This document shows, piece after piece, positions 1 to 26,000 of a stretch of 64,000 nt of DNA; position 1 is the stretch's first letter; each line of letters starts with the position of its first letter. The stretch covers positions 372,001 through 436,000 of the forward strand of contig JAQGDQ010000152.1 in assembly GCA_030141605.1 (NCBI GenBank). The letters are read 5' to 3'. Below the pieces are notes generated by a model. It was given only the letters and a program-made list of their open reading frames with translations. It did no database searches and had not been told where the DNA came from. A program made the position numbers and the translations under genes. The DNA comes from Tubiluchus corallicola. Lineage: Eukaryota > Animalia > Priapulida.

Positions 1-3000
1 GGAATGTGCGGAGTTTCTTGAATCCACATCTGTTCCGGTTTATGGGCGTGGCACATGGAACCGCATCCAGGTGATGTGAACTGTTCGGCATCGTGGGAAC
101 CCACGTCGTTCTTTTCTGTTTTGGCTCTCTAGAGTGACATTGTTAACAGGAAACAATTACTAAAACAATGCAAAAGATAACATAATGCTTGGTTCCAGAA
201 TGCGAAGCATTGACTCACTCGCTTGCCAAAGGTGCAACTTGGGTACTTGTAAAATGCACAAATGCCTAGAACACCATTTATCATTGCCATGGATCTGTTT
301 CTTTCGTAAAAATTTAGAACATTGAGTAATCTTATTGTCGCACCATAATATTAAAAACTGCTAAAAATTTCTTACATGATGGACAATGAGAACGGAAGTG
401 AAAACCAACATCACGATGAAAGAGATCTCTTTACAGAATTACTTCGCAAGAAGTAACCCGGAAAAAGATGACATTTTTGGCAAAAAGAGAATTTACTTTG
501 CAATTTTTAACAAATAACGAAGCAAAGGAAACAAAGACACGATTAGAATTTCGTGCTGTCAACAATTCAATTAAATCTACAGAAATATATAAACCAGAAT
601 CCAACAACACTGACAACATTTTTATGAATTGCTAATGTACACCTACTCATTAATAGTTCACACTAACTTCCCGGCACAGTTAACTTTTGTTAAACTATGA
701 AACACAATGTTAACAATCTCAGATAGCAAATAGATTGAGTAGCCTGGTTCTACAAAGACAAGCAAGTTTACCAGCTATTACCTGTACAGCTGATAAACAC
801 CTGAATCAGAAACATGCAAGATAACACAGAAAAGCAAAACAAAGAAATAAGAAAGGCTGATCATGATTTTCAGTGACTAAAGCTAAGTGCCCGAATGAGA
901 AGAGTAACCATCATGCACTAAATCGTAAAACTACTATGTCAGAAAATTGGCAGACTACCCTATAGATATGCACAAACCCATAAAGACACCATGGACTTGC
1001 TTTAAATAAGGTTTTTTGCTACGCTTTCAAATTTGCATCAAAAAAGCCAAAATTAGCTCCCTTGTAGATGTGCAGTAATATGTACAAACCCATAAAGACA
1101 CCATGGACTTGCTTTAAATAAGATTTTTTGCTACGTTTCCAAATTTGCACCATAAAAGCCAAAATCAGCTCCCTCGTAGATGTGCAGTAATATGCACAGA
1201 CACTATGGACTGGTTCTAAATAAAGTTTTTTGCTACGTTTCCAAATTTCCACCAACATGAGCCAAAATTAGCTCCCTTGTAGATGTGGAGTAATATGCAT
1301 AGACAGTATGAAATTGTTTTAAATATAGTTTTTTGCTACGTTTTCAAATTTGCACCAACACAAGCCAAAATTAGCTCTTAAAAAGCTTTTTCCTAAAAAA
1401 TTTAGCAGCATAGCTCATCTAAAACTGAGCAAATGTAAACCACTGTAATGACATGAAGACTTGTTTGTTTCACCCATGGCAATTACACCAGAAAAAAATC
1501 AATAATTTTGCACTAAATTAAGTTAGGTTGTAGGCACAATCAAACTCGTCCTATATATCGTTACATTCAGGTTGACAACCAGCAAAAACTGATACACAAC
1601 CCTACTAACCTTTTTAAATAATTTAATCAATTACTTTTCTCTCTTGGATCAACGCAGTCCATTAAGTGAATTCGAATACATTAGGAAAATTATTGATTCA
1701 TTCAAATTAATATCAGACTTGAATCCAGGTATCCATTAACTTCAATTGTAATTTGACCAGTTAAAGCGCAAGAAAACCCTCCACTTACATAAAGCTTTAA
1801 AAAATCGTCTCGAAAGTTTATACCGCCGTAACGCTGTATGAAACGTGTAAATTTAAACTCCCGTGATGACCGTTAGGCACAGCCATTTTAATGGTAGGTC
1901 ATTTGAAACAAGTTTTGATAACATTGTGTGAAATTTGAAAAAATAATCAGAGCATTCATAGCATGTTGCGAATTAACTAAAATTTTAAATTATCGTATCT
2001 TATCAATATGATTAAAAATACGTATTTGGCTAGTGAGTGGCACACCCTGGAGGGTGAGTCAGCGACATTTCACCAACTGGCACAAATATTTTAAATTATT
2101 AGTCTAGTTACATAAGTCTTTCCAGTAGGTAAGAGAAACGCTAAGTAATATAGATTTGCACGGACGGTTTTGGGGGTCATAATCTAGCACTGCCCTTTCT
2201 TCCCCTGATTTACATGTTTCAGTGACGTCATCTAATGGCGCTATCGGAACAGTATTGTGGGAGATTTAAAATAAAAAACAAACGAAAATTCCTTTCAACG
2301 CGAACACGATATGTGCATAAAATTGCTGTAAAGTAGTATAATTTTTAAGGCAATTTTTCTGAAACCTACTTTAGGTACCCCTTTTCTTATTCTTTAATAA
2401 AAGAATTTAGAACACAGAATGTACCAGACAAGCATGTACACTTAGAAATGATAAAGAGAAATTCATAGCAAATTCTTAAATTCTGTGAAAATTAAGAACA
2501 CGTAACTTAAATTGAAAATTAAGTACAAAACTCAAAAATTCTTGCAAACAAAAACAGCATAAAAAGCAAAGCAACACACACAACAGCAAACAACGCCATC
2601 TACCTGGCAACTGTCTCACTATTGTTGAGCGTTACAGCTTTAAACTTGTTGTCAAAGCCCTGCAGTACGTCCTGCACTTCCGAAGCTTTGAGAAGTGTGA
2701 CACTAGTCGCAAGTGCATGGTGACCAAGAGCTTGTACACATGAAAGAAGAAGAAGAAAGAAATTGTGAGTACGAATAACTAGCTAAATTTACTAGGCTTA
2801 CAGGAAGTTACGTTGCATTATAAACTAAAATACAGTTTTACAATGTAAACATAACCTCTTGCAATATTACATTTACACAAGCAATTCTTTGGTAATAATC
2901 GCCTCAAAAAGTTGTACCTAAACAGACAAAACTTGTGAACGAGGTTTAGGTACAAAGGCATAAAAATAAAGTATCAGTGTACAGGGTTTAAATAGTTTCC

Positions 3001-4882
3001 CATTACTAATTCCATAAAAGCTGAACGTAAACATTTTTGTGCCAGAATTCAGCTAAAATGATAAAAACCATTTAATAGTTCTTAATTGACGATTCGGTTG
3101 GTATTTCACGGCCAATAAACAAAACGAAAACTTTTTTATCCATTCAGAAATATAACTGTATTCAGCGCGTACTTCCATTATTGCCAAATTTTTGTTAAGC
3201 ATCCTATTTATAAAAGCTGTTTAGGTCTATAAAAAAATACTACTTGTGTAAATGCTTGGTAAGTTACAATCTTACAAGCTACTTTAATTACATCTACATA
3301 AACATATATAGATGTACATGTGTGTATTTGTATGTTGTATCACCAAAAACAAAAAGAGATATATTTGGAACATCCTTAACATTTATTGTTACATTAAATT
3401 TCAGAAAATTATTATATGGACTTCTTATTTTCACACTTGCACATACAATAGCTACTTAATTAGGTGTACAGTATGCATAAATACTGTTGCAAACAGTATT
3501 CATACAAAAGCTTAATGTCCAAATACATCTCTTTTTGTCGAGGGTTCGTTCTGGTCATTATTTATTAGTCAGCTGTTAGTCGATGTTTTCAATATACCTC
3601 GATTGATCTGGATTAATAGATACAGCTTTATACTTTTCATCATCCCCACTCATAATCTCTTCAACTTCGTTCACTCTTAACAAAGAAATGCTGGTGGACA
3701 GAACATGTTGACCAATGGCCAACTTACCTAGATTACAAGTACCAAGATTAGGGAGGGAAAACATACACAGAGATCTGCTTATTTCTTATAGGCTATCACA
3801 GGAGGTTAGAATATAGTAAATTGATTCTTGCATTTTTTAATTCTACTCTTGTTCATATACCTTGAAGTGGTTTTATAGCATCATCCAATACTCCTGATGT
3901 AGCAAAGGGATATATAGTTACACCAGATAATTAAAAAGTAATTAAAGCTGAGTGGGTCTAAGAAGGGGACCAGAAAATCCCGTTCAACTATAAATGCCTC
4001 TAAAAACCTATGAGTGAATTCGAACCCAGAATTAGCCAAGTGCCATAACTTGTTGGACACTGCGCTTTCTATCAAATTAATTGACAGTTGTTCGACTGTT
4101 CTAAATTTTGTTTTTTTTTCAATGTAACATTTGCACCTCAAACTATTGTAATTTCAATTTACAATCATCTCAAGCTCCTATAATTGATGGTTATTGTTTT
4201 TGGTTTTTGAATGGTTACAACATCCTTTCCAAAGTTTTATAAATTATGCACACACATCATTAAGGTCACTCTTGGAGCAAAGCAGCATTAAAGAAAGTAA
4301 TTAAGTTATAAACTCAAATATGTTAATAGAAACTGCTCAATTGCCAGACCAGAAGTAACATAAGAAGTTAAAATTACTGAAAGGCAAATGGTGCATTGTG
4401 TGCATAATATGTTTGGTCAATTGGTCAAAGATGGCGCATCAATCTTATACAACCATAACCTGTTTAAGACAAAAACTAATTATTTTTACACCTTCATTTC
4501 CCATTTCTTGAAGTTGCTTTCGTTCTTCTACAGTGAGTAGACGTCGCCACATTCCTGGATAACGTTTGTACAACGATCCGCGAAACATCCTTAAATAGTT
4601 GCCAACCTAAAATGTTGTTAAAACAAACCAAAACTATACATAATCATATTAATCACTCAAAATGTTGTTACATATATGAAATCAGAAATGTATAAGTGAA
4701 TAGATCCAATGAACAAAGTAAGTGCATTTCTAGCTGCTTTTTACATAAAGCTTCTAGTTAAAAGAAGGAAGTTATCAACAGAGTGATTTAGGTACCTGAG
4801 ATCCGACATAATACCACTCCCCATCTTTTTCTAGTTGAAAAGGCTGTGGTTTTTCACCGTAGGTTTTCAAACCTGAAGACAT
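1..4882 (-). CDS. SMARCB1: SWI/SNF (BAF) core subunit SMARCB1/SNF5/INI1, 5' part; gene continues beyond the left edge
   Basis: Minus-strand coding exons 4882-4796, 4606-4492, 3727-3598 and 128-<1, all with GT-AG introns and consistent phases. Joined translation: [29 protein letters not shown]|[38 protein letters not shown]|[43 protein letters not shown]|[43 protein letters not shown]. This matches the SMARCB1 N-terminal winged-helix region and the [12 protein letters not shown] motif. Confidence 0.95.
961..1380. repeat. Minisatellite, about 4 diverged units of ~100-110 bp, in SMARCB1 intron 3
   Basis: The blocks 'ttttttgctacgtttccaaatttgcacc' and 'aagccaaaattagctc' recur four times, and 'gtagatgtgcagtaatat'-like blocks three times. 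Confidence 0.85.
1765..2393. mobile_element. Kolobok-like non-autonomous DNA transposon (TTAA flanks), copy 1
   Basis: TTAA at 1761-1764 and 2394-2397. Imperfect terminal inverted repeats agcgcaagaaaa / ttttcttattct. The first ~400 bp align by eye with 27891-28300, which begins with the same TTAA|AGC.CAAGA end. Confidence 0.6.
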
Positions 4883-5161
4883 CCTGCTGTCAATAAGCAG
4901 AAAAACTGCCAATGAATTGCCAAATTATACAAATGCTTTTATCGATCACGGCTTCTCTGGGGCAGTGCGGCTTTATTTAGTATGTGCTGCCCTCACGTGG
5001 AAGTTAATTTTCTGACGTCATCAAATGTAGGGGACGCCATATTTTCATTTGACAGGATTAGTTCCTGTTTTGTTGTACATTGTAAATCGCTTTTCATCTC
5101 TTGTTTTTAATTTATATTTGTGTTGTGTATATAAATTTTCGATAGATAAACTACTTATCTG
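4883..5161. promoter_or_regulatory. Compact bidirectional promoter and 5'UTR region shared by SMARCB1 and PP1
   Basis: 279 bp between divergent ATGs (4882 and 5162). Contains E-box TCACGTG (4993-4999), palindromic CRE TGACGTCA (5013-5020) and a YY1-like CGCCATATT (5035-5043). Transcription start sites are not determined. Confidence 0.7.
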
Positions 5162-19429
<14,268 letters not shown>

Positions 19430-21006
19430 CGTCTCCACCTGAAAATTAACTTTGTAGCTATTTGTGTATAGATATAGGTACTGCTGGTAACTGTGACTGC
19501 CTTCTTGGCACTTACAAGAATGAAATGTATTTATGTTAATTAGAACGAGGCGTTCAGAGCTCGTCGAACTTTTACCGCACAAAAGCTTAAGATCTGCAGT
19601 GCAAACTTGTCACTGACCAAGACTCATAATTTAATATCTTAATCGGGCAATACTGCAGGTAGTTTCATAGCAGTACATTTACCAACATGCCGTATGAAAC
19701 ATTTGTACATATTATTATTATTACTAGCATTATTACCGAGTATAGATGATCATTGTCATTATTACCATTGGCGTGCTTAATGCAGCGGTGTAGTACGCTG
19801 GTCACTGCTTACTTCATGTATACTATTACGTTATGCAGTTGTTAAAACTTCAGAAAGTTTCAAATTTGTAAATGCAGCGAATGAGGTTATTTTTAGCGTT
19901 GAAGTATGAAAGTCACCAATATGTGATTGTGCAAGTTATTATTGAAAGTTGAATTTCGTATAAACGTATTGTATTACAAGTTGGATAATCTTAAGGATTT
20001 AGCAGTTCTGCTTTACACAAAATGAATTGCTTTTTGCTAGTTGTAAATTTATGTGTATTAAATTGCAAAGTGACAATGGGTTAACATACCAGCTAGAGAA
20101 TGCATTGCCGTTGCCGTTGTGCACTACCTTTACCTCTTTCCAAACTACCAGCCCATACGGAATTGAGTACTTTGAATAGTTTTCATCGCATTGTCTTTTC
20201 CTGCTAATGTTTTACAAAATGCACATGCAACCTTGCCAGAGTTACTCTACTTGACATGGTATCCTCCATTGCTGTTATAATGTATTGTGTATTTTAATGG
20301 TAATAGGTTAGTGTTATCACCCTTTGTATTTTTGTGCGTTCTCGCACGTTGTTTAGGGGTGAATATCATTATTTAGTCGAGCAATTAAATTAGCCGTGGT
20401 TTTTTTTTTTAATACGCCGCCGCTTTAATTTTGAATGTGTTCAGCTGTATATGCGAATGCTTTAAGCTTGCACCAAACGGATGTTAACTCAATCGATTAC
20501 TGTATCGTCGCAAACTTTGTTCTCTTAATGCACAAACTTTTTTTTATTTTCGAAAAACTGTATAGCTTAGAGCAGAAGCCACAAAAAATTGTAGTTGCAC
20601 TTGTACACATCGTCTTTGCCCTGGCCCCAATGCACTCCCTAGTTCCTGCTTTAATTCTCTTTGAATAGTCCCGGGTGCGGCTCATTTAAAACCAGGTAAG
20701 GAACTGTTGCTTTATCTCGAGTTATTGATGTTTTGCAATACAGTAGGCCAAATGGGTGGCCAAAGTCTCATATTGTTACGTACCAGTTGTAGTGGACAGG
20801 ATTTAGTTTCGTACAGATCTGTCGTACCGAATTAAATCCGTGAATAAAACACCAAAGCTGCATCCGGACCGAATCTGCACTTTTCCACGAGTCTTTGCTG
20901 GCCTCTTAGCTCTGGCTAGTTTTGTGAAATGATGCAATTTTTTAAACTTGTAAAAACTGTTGGTGCAAGGCAAGATGTGTGAAATCACTGCATATTAAGT
21001 AAAATG

Positions 21007-21012
21007 AATAAA
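21007..21012 (+). terminator. Probable PP1 polyadenylation signal (3'UTR about 1.6 kb)
   Basis: AATAAA followed ~20 nt later by a U-rich tract (ctgttctttctttctttgtttt). A second AATAAA lies near 20843. Confidence 0.5.
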
Positions 21013-23086
21013 ATGCCAATAACGGTTACCTGTTCTTTCTTTCTTTGTTTTACATTAAACGTCTTCACACTACATGTAATGTAATGTAAAACGTGTTTCT
21101 TCAAACATGTATTACATTACATTACACTGACAAAAGTTTGTTTTATCACTGCCCAGTTTGAACATTAAACGGTCTCAAGTAGTCAGTTTGCACTGTTTTC
21201 ACTTTGCTTATATCTTGACATGCGTGTCTGGAAAGTTTGGAAACTCGTCTCCAAACTGCGATACAACAGAAATAAGATATTCAACACTTTCAACTACAAG
21301 GAAACATCAAAGAGAACAGCCAATCTACATTTTTTATATTAAGAATTGAATTTAGCCTTACAAACATCAACACAATTCTACACAGAACTGTATAATTGGG
21401 CCAATATAATACAAAAATTGCATCGTTACATCATTAAATACTTTAAGAAAACGTCATAGTATGTACAATTGCAACTGCCGTGCTAAAAACGGCGTAACGT
21501 GTGCTAAGATTATGCTAATAAAAGATATAAGAACATGTAATACGTATCATTAAAAAGAAACGTTACTTTCTGTACATTACAATGTTAACGGGCAACAATG
21601 AGACATTTGCCAATGGAATTGTCACTGTAAATGTAGGAACTCCTGCTTTGCTTTACTATACATGTACTTAGAGAATAGATGAGTTACTACACTGTGCCTG
21701 CTAATATCAGCTCACATTATACATGATATGTAAAACCTGGAGGTGCAGCAACAACTGCTGCATAAGACTGCCAGATTTGCACTTAATTCAATCAAATCGC
21801 GCTAGTCTTTGATTGGGCGAATTTTCATGTGTACAAGCCGATGTTAGTATTGATTTTTTAAAGCAGCGGCCAAGATCATTTTCACAAAATTATAACATGC
21901 ATATCGAAGTTGTGGTTCTTGAGTTTCTGAACAGTTTAATTTTATACACATCCCGACATAATAAAATTACGAAAAGAATTTAGGATGTCAGCTATTATTA
22001 AATACTCGGTGATATCAAAGTGCAACCTCAAAATACAAATGATATGTTACAATTTACACTGTTATTGACTTGAGCACAATCAAACATATATATGCCATTG
22101 CATGTAATATTTTGCAAATTGTGCGTGATCTAGAATAGCAGCCTTCATTTTGACTTCTTTGCATGTATGCGTAATACCATGTGTTCATTTTCTCACAACA
22201 GTTGGGGAAAGTCTGGGACACCAGCAGAATGAATTGCTTCAAAGTTGTACAGCAGTTACAAGACGGATAAGTTAAGCAAGTTTACCGTTCGTTTCCCATT
22301 TTCTATTACCGCTTCCACCAAAAGTCGTACCGACCACTGATGCGGAAGGGGGCATTAAGATCGAAAGTGACTGAGTGAGCTTTGATGAGCATCTCTCAAA
22401 TTTTTGCCAACGTTCTTGGTTTGGTACAGGTGCCATATGTAGGAATCACCATCTGGCACTGTGTACAAGATTGTATACCATCTGGCATTGTGTACAAGAT
22501 TGTATGAAAAAAAGCTTAACATTACAAAAACTTTTCAATATCATCCCACACAAACGAACAATATCATGCACATATGCAAACTTGAATACCACAAATGAAT
22601 TTTTGGTCCATATTTTCATTTCTGCAACTGCCATGTGTGCTGCTTTCTGTTCAATATTACAACCAGTTCAAAACATCATAATTTACGTTTAAATACAAAA
22701 CACTTGCTCTTGGCCTCTATAGCTTGGCAGTCTACTATAACTTAATAGTGTCTGAAACGGTACAAAGGTTTCATCAAAGAACACAGGTATTTTTACGCAA
22801 CTTGTTTGCTTAACTAAGTGCACTACCTTCAAGCTACCTGGTGGCCTTGCCTGAATCAAGTGCCTAGATGTCTGTGAGAGGTAGAATGGACGTGAAGCAG
22901 CCAAAATGCAAGATTACCAGTTTCACAAAAAACAAATCTTATACAGTTTTGTTCATGATATTAGGATACAGTGTTTAACAATGTTCTAACATAAGACAAC
23001 AATTATAGATTATCTTAATGCATGTAAACAGAAAGATACATGGCGTTTTTATTTCAACTAAGCTATTGGCTACTTCACAGTCACTG

Positions 23087-26000
23087 TTATTGGCTACACC
23101 GAGAAACCGATACGTTTTTGGCTAGGCCCGCCAACTGTCGCAATGGCTGAGTGTCGATGATGTTTGTCGCGCAGTCGGTGATGCTGAACACGAATTGGAG
23201 ACAACCACATCTTATCACGCTGCCGTGGTGAAGTAGTGCCGTCCCTTCCCATCCTGCTTCGTTCCCGCCGAGTGTGCTGCGACCCACACACTGACACGAA
23301 CCAATTTTCTGCAAGTAACAAATATTTTTTGATTCCTCTTACATTTTAATCACTGCACAGTATTGCACACTGCACTGCAACACTTAAAAATACAGAGAAA
23401 TACATAACACACAAGATTACACCCCTAAGGTTCAGTAGAAGTTGTCTAAAAACAAAAACAAAGCTACTAAAATGAAAATTATTTTTCCTTGAAATACAGT
23501 AAACTGCATATAACTTGAACTTGCATATGTCAATGAGATCTCGTGGAATGAATTTTCCCTTTAAGGAACATCGTGTAATTCGAAATCTGTAATTCAAATT
23601 ACGCGATTCTTAAAAATTTGACTGAAATTACCCCGCCTATCTCTAACAGCCACCCAGGCAAGAAGTCCTATGCGAAAGTGTGTGCTACATTACGATTTTA
23701 GCAGCTAGTTTCAGCAAAAATACTAGATTTCTGGTAGAAAAAAATTTGTTCAAATGTAGCAGAAAATTATAAGAACTATTACTGTTGTACGTGCAAAGAA
23801 AAGCAGCATGTATCTCATGCTGGTTTACAACTATGACGTTTATAAACATTAAACAACTGCTTACTTGGCTAGAGGGAGCTTTCATCATGACAGGTTTAGT
23901 TTTTGGTTCTTCTTTTCCTTTCTCTTCCTCTATGATTTTCCTCTTTCGGCCCTTTTTAATGATCTGCCGCACAGTCTGCACGACGGGACTGCCGTAAAGT
24001 ACCGACGCGGGTTTTTCGGAAATGTCGCACGAATAAAAAACGTTATCCACAGTCGTCCCGTGTTCGCTATAGTTGAGAAGCTCATAGTGTTTGGTAAACT
24101 GAACAAATAATTGAAAGAATTAATTCCAAATATCATAAAAAATTACGATGACCATTATCTGGATTGCGCTTAAGCCATAAAATTGCAAGAATAATCATCT
24201 CTGAATTTTGTTTCAAGATTATTTATATCACAGCAACATAAATGCAATACATGCATTAAAAAATCAACCCCATAGCTATGAAAAAATAAAATACTCATTA
24301 AAAAGCACATTTTTGGAAAGATACTTAGTTAAATGATTTGCGTTGCAGGACATTAAGGAAGCCAAGATTGTAAAAATGCCCTGATTTGTGAAATTTCAAG
24401 TAATAATAAGTACATTTAAAAATGAAAGGAGAAAACATGAATAGGTGAGGATGAGAATTAATGAAAATGAGAGAAACTTCATAGCATTATGAAATGGAAA
24501 CTTGCAACAAATATTACTCTTAAAACCTTCAAAACATCAGGTAACTTCTAACAGAATTTCAAATTCAAGCTGCTTGTCTCCGTCCGTACAAACAACATGT
24601 ACAAATTGGAATCATCAAAATAATCATAAGAGCAAAACAAGCAAAATAAGCATGTCAAATACCGTATATACTTATGTACAAGTCTAATTCTTGGGAGGCA
24701 ATTTTTAGGTGAAATTTTTGGGGTCGACTTATACTTACGATGTGTTTTTGGGAGATGTCGCTAAAGAGTCGTCTACAATACGAATACGTAAAGAAATAAT
24801 CCTTCATTATATGCTGGAATGAATGAACACTCATACTGTGATTCTTCACATCAAAGAATATCTTGACATTACTTCACAAAATTAGCAAATATTACTGTAA
24901 TTTATTTTAATGTAAGTGAAATTAAGTTAAAATTTATATATTACCGGTAAATAAACTAGCGACGAAGCACTCGATCAGAACATGAAAATCGCCAAATGTT
25001 GTGCAGGTGCTGCCACCTGTCGGCTTCAGCGGGAAGTTTTACACTGGCCTTGTATATGTGTGTTTTATTAGCAAAATATCGATTACCAGCATACACGCGT
25101 ATATAAAACACAACTATGCAGAGGTATTAATTTTAGTAATTTTTTTTCTGCAACTGTTGACATCATTTACTCTGGAAGATCTTAATATTTTATAGTCAAC
25201 TTGTACACAGGTAATATATAAAATGATGCAATTTTTGGTCTTAAAATGCACATCGACTTGTACATAAGTATATACTGTAAGCAGAAGCAATACATGTAAA
25301 GGAAGTTAAAATGCCCATAAATCTCAAAAAATTCTTTATTTTTGTTCAGAAGCTTTCGTTCTCTTGGACATCATCAGCTGCACAAAAAGAAGCAATAAAA
25401 ACTACAGAAGAAACTACATACGAAATAAAGGTGTATAAATAGTATACTATTTTAATATAAAATATTTTTGAGATTTATGCGAATTTTGACTTGTTTTACG
25501 ATTGTGACCAAGGCAGAGCACTATCTTATTTTCAAGAAGCAAACCACGTGCAGGTAGTGACTGTTTTGTAATGAATTATAAAAATCTTGAATAAATGCGG
25601 GTAAGGCTTACCTCGTCATAAAATATACAAGCATGTTTTGAAGAGTTGCAGCAGCATTGTCCGTAATTCGCAAGACACAAGTCCATGTCAGAACCTGCAA
25701 AAAGAGGAATTTTCCCTCGTTGAGAAAAGCTGAACAATTCTTGGTAAACTCCCCAACCGCACATGGACCAGTTACCTGGCAGCTTGCACCACACAGAAAA
25801 GTCATGTCCCCCCTTCTACTTGGCCTATCACAGTTGGCATACCTCTATACCTCAACCTTTAAGTTTCTTCTGCACCACAAAATAGATGTTTCTGATAACA
25901 ATCTGTTTAACAACTAAAAACTATCAAGCACAATTCTATGAAAGTCTGGAAGACAAAACAAAGTAACCCAGAAATGGGATAAATGGGTCTAAACAATACA

